From assembly GCA_963722075.1 (NCBI GenBank), contig CAVRJM010000001.1, forward strand, positions 832,001 to 896,000: a stretch of DNA of 64,000 nucleotides. The letters run 5' to 3'. This document shows positions 61,208 through 64,000 of this stretch, in pieces. The notes below the pieces were generated by a model, which had not been told where the DNA came from, did no database searches, and was given only the letters and a program-made list of their open reading frames with translations. The DNA is from Candidatus Babeliales bacterium (lineage in GTDB: Bacteria > Babelota > Babeliae > Babelales > JANWKD01). A program made the position numbers and the translations under genes. Positions within the stretch are counted from its first letter, which is position 1; every line of letters begins with the position of its first letter.

Positions 61208-62622
61208 AACTGAAAATAAATAAAGTTATAACCGCCAAATTCACCCCACAAAAAGAGTGTAAAGATTGTTATATAATATATACATAACCGTACATACGTT
61301 GGAAAAAAATCAAGCATATGCCGGATTTTACCCGCATATCGTTGAACACAATGAACACCCCAAATAATAACAGTTAAAAAGAATAATATACTAATATCAT
61401 AACTACGTCCCATTACCACTGCACGGCGTAATTGTAATAGATTATTCCAGCAAGTAAGCTGATCAAACATATGGCATAGTATATAGCAAGCATCGTGTAC
61501 CGTATTTGCTCTAAAAAAAATCCATGAAATACACACAGCACTAAAAGTACCGATTATTCTCATTAAAGAAGGAACCCTTCTTATAAAGCAATCCGGTAAC
61601 CAATAACTAGCTATCATATAAAAACTATGCAAAGCACCCCATATAATAAAAGTCCAATTAGCGCCATGCCATAAGCCACTTAATAAAAAGGTGATTGCAA
61701 TATTACCACAATAGCGCACTGAAGAAACTTTATTGCCACCTAAGGGGATATATATATAATCACAAAACCAGGTTGAAAGAGAAATATGCCAACGCTTCCA
61801 AAAATCTTTTATTGAATCAGCTAAATAGGGCTGTTTAAAATTTTCCATTAAGGTAATTCCCATGGTACGGGCAATGCCAATCGCCATATAACTGTACCCG
61901 GCAAAATCACAAAAAATTTGAAAAGCAAATAAATAGGTGGCAAATAATAATGGCCACCCCACATATAAATGCACATTATTGTATACCGCGTCTACATATT
62001 TAGAAAGGTTGTCAGCAACTACAAGTTTTAAAAGAAGACCACCTAAAAAGGTACGTAATCCAATAATTATATTATGATACGAAAATGGCTTTCGGGTTGT
62101 AAGCTGATTAAGTAAATGAGAACCACGCTCAATAGGACCTGCTACTAATTGGGGAAAATATAAAATAAATAAGGCAAATTTTCCTAAATGGTGCTCCGCT
62201 TGGTATTTTTTATAAAAGATATCTACCGTATAACTAACTGCTTGAAAGGTAAAAAATGATATTCCTATAGGTAATGTTATTGGATAAGGAACATATTCAT
62301 TATAAAAACCAAGCATATATAATGAATGATAAAAAAAATTCATATATTTACATATGAATAATAAGCTAAAAGTTATTATTAGGCTCAGCGTAAGGCAAAA
62401 TTTTCTATAAAAAGATGAGGATGTTTTTTCAATATAAAGAGCTGCGCCATAATTCACCATTATTGCAATGCTAATAAGGGCAGCTCCTAAAATATCAGAA
62501 CTTAAATAAAAATAAGAGCTTGCTACTAATAATAGTAACCATGCATATTCTATTGGTGCTATAAAATATAAAAATAATGTTATGGGAAAAAATATACAAA
62601 ATTGAAATGAAGTAAAAAGCAT
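61204..62622 (-). CDS. MBOAT O-acyltransferase (AlgI/DltB/PatA family)
   Basis: MLFTS start, LPIGISFFTFQ, FPQLVAGPI, DFAGYS, FWKRWHISLS, SGLWHGA. Confidence 0.93.
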   Translation of the reverse strand: MLFTSFQFCIFFPITLFLYFIAPIEYAWLLLLVASSYFYLSSDILGAALISIAIMVNYGAALYIEKTSSSFYRKFCLTLSLIITFSLLFICKYMNFFYHSLYMLGFYNEYVPYPITLPIGISFFTFQAVSYTVDIFYKKYQAEHHLGKFALFILYFPQLVAGPIERGSHLLNQLTTRKPFSYHNIIIGLRTFLGGLLLKLVVADNLSKYVDAVYNNVHLYVGWPLLFATYLFAFQIFCDFAGYSYMAIGIARTMGITLMENFKQPYLADSIKDFWKRWHISLSTWFCDYIYIPLGGNKVSSVRYCGNIAITFLLSGLWHGANWTFIIWGALHSFYMIASYWLPDCFIRRVPSLMRIIGTFSAVCISWIFFRANTVHDACYILCHMFDQLTCWNNLLQLRRAVVMGRSYDISILFFLTVIIWGVHCVQRYAGKIRHMLDFFPTYVRLCIYYITIFTLFLWGEFGGYNFIYFQF

Positions 62623-62740
62623 TACTATTCCTTGATTTGTCACTAACACCTATACCATACGATATATAAATAAATTCGTAAAATTATTAAATATGTATAT
62701 ATTGAATAGGTAAGGCGTAAGAACCATAAAGGAACATTTC

Positions 62741-63256
62741 ATGAATGATTTAAAACATATGCTGTTTAATTCAATTGTCCAATTTAATCAAACAACAGAA
62801 CCTACAATTGATTGGACCGTAGTTTTAGAAGATGATACAAAATTTGAAACTATTATCGATGCCATAGACACTTTAATTGATGGGGTTGCCTTATTACCTG
62901 ACATTGAAGATTTGCAACGAATACATTTACTCGGCCGTTTGGCATTAATTCGGTCTCATTTATCCTACTGCTATGTTAATGAACAACAAATAGCACACTT
63001 TATACAACATGGCCAGCGATTAGAGAAATTATTAAAAGATATTATTAATTGCTCAAATTGGCTTATAAACGCTCAACAACGTTTTGATGAATATCTTGAA
63101 TTTGAGGAAATGGCCACTGAAGATACTATACTAACTCCTAAACAAATTGATCAATTTCGCCCAGTCTTAATGGCATTGGCTATCATGGGCATTATCTCTA
63201 TCGAAGAAGATGAATGCGCTCCTGAAGATTTAGAAGAAGAAAATGACTATGAATAA
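62741..63256 (+). CDS. Acidic hypothetical protein
   Basis: AAGGA RBS, 171-aa ORF. Confidence 0.6.
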   Translation: MNDLKHMLFNSIVQFNQTTEPTIDWTVVLEDDTKFETIIDAIDTLIDGVALLPDIEDLQRIHLLGRLALIRSHLSYCYVNEQQIAHFIQHGQRLEKLLKDIINCSNWLINAQQRFDEYLEFEEMATEDTILTPKQIDQFRPVLMALAIMGIISIEEDECAPEDLEEENDYE

Positions 63257-63281
63257 ATAATAAAAAGGGAGAGTAAACATA

Positions 63282-63930
63282 ATGAGCATTCTTAATCGAA
63301 TAAGTAATTTATTTCTAAAAAAACCTATAAAAAGTCTATTCACCCAAATTTATGAAAAAAAAAAGTGGGGTGATTTGGGAACCCTATCTGGGCCAGGATC
63401 TACTCTTGAAGAAACAACAGTAATTAGAGAAACACTGCCAACGATACTAAAAAAATATTCTATCTTGACTATGATGGATGCACCTTGTGGTGATTTTTTT
63501 TGGATGCAAAAAGTTAATCTAGAGCAATGTAACTATATTGGCGTTGATATTGTTAATTCCATGATACAGAATAATAATAAGAACTTTGCCTCGGATTCAA
63601 AAAAATTTATATGTGCTGATCTCATCAATGATACAATTCCTCATGCTGATTTAATTTTTTGTCGTGATTGCTTAGTTCATCTTTCGTTTAAGATTGCTTG
63701 AAAACGTATAATTAAATTTCAAAAAAACTGGTTCGCGATACTTATTAACAACAACATTTCCTGAAACAAAAAATAATAAAGATACAATAAGCCTCTTGTG
63801 GCGACCCCTTAACTTGCGCCTAGCTCCGTTTAATTTTCCTGAGCCATTATTAGTTATTAATGAAAAATGTACCCATGATGTTATTATACCCCGATAAATC
63901 ACTAGGATTATGGGATTTAAAATCAATTAA
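63282..63930 (+). pseudogene. Class I SAM-dependent methyltransferase, frameshifted near 63700
   Basis: SGPGS, DAPCGDF, YIGVDIV, CRDCLVHL; out-of-frame continuation NFKKTGSRYLLTTTF...WRPLNL..APFNFPEP. Confidence 0.8.
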
Positions 63931-64000
63931 AATATAATGTATTATTTAAAAAAAGGAGCTTAATGAACTTTCTTTTAATTTTATTTTTTATTCTTATAAA

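Noticed and set aside
456..63926. Numerous 60-140 aa antisense or nested ORFs in the track
   Set aside because: They are shadow frames of well-supported genes.

Overview
AT-rich bacterial chromosome window. Gene content (many signal-peptide ankyrin/LRR/WD40 proteins, split F-type ATP synthase operon, RecD2, atypical amidase) suggests a reduced intracellular protist parasite, most like Candidatus Dependentiae/Babelota (inference). About 1-30 kb is mostly core genes (uvrB, M3 peptidase, recO-like, MscS/MscK, amidase, recD2, deoxynucleoside kinase, atpE/F'/F/H/A, GH3 hexosaminidase), with nested palindromic intergenic repeats. 30.7-36.1 kb is a tandem array of LRR effector paralogs, one disrupted by an IS. 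From tRNA-Arg(TCT) at 36.2 kb to 49.9 kb lies an island without an integrase. It has two tandem modules bounded by three copies of a hairpin core, and the hairpin interior is exactly inverted between the first and last copy. The second module carries defence-type cargo (HEPN-like protein, Mrr-type nuclease-SF2 helicase with six HA repeats, PD-(D/E)XK nucleases, DUF4238) and an IS-split replication-initiator-like pseudogene. 50-64 kb is accessory genes with several frameshifted remnants. All protein calls rest on motif recognition by eye; no database searches were run.
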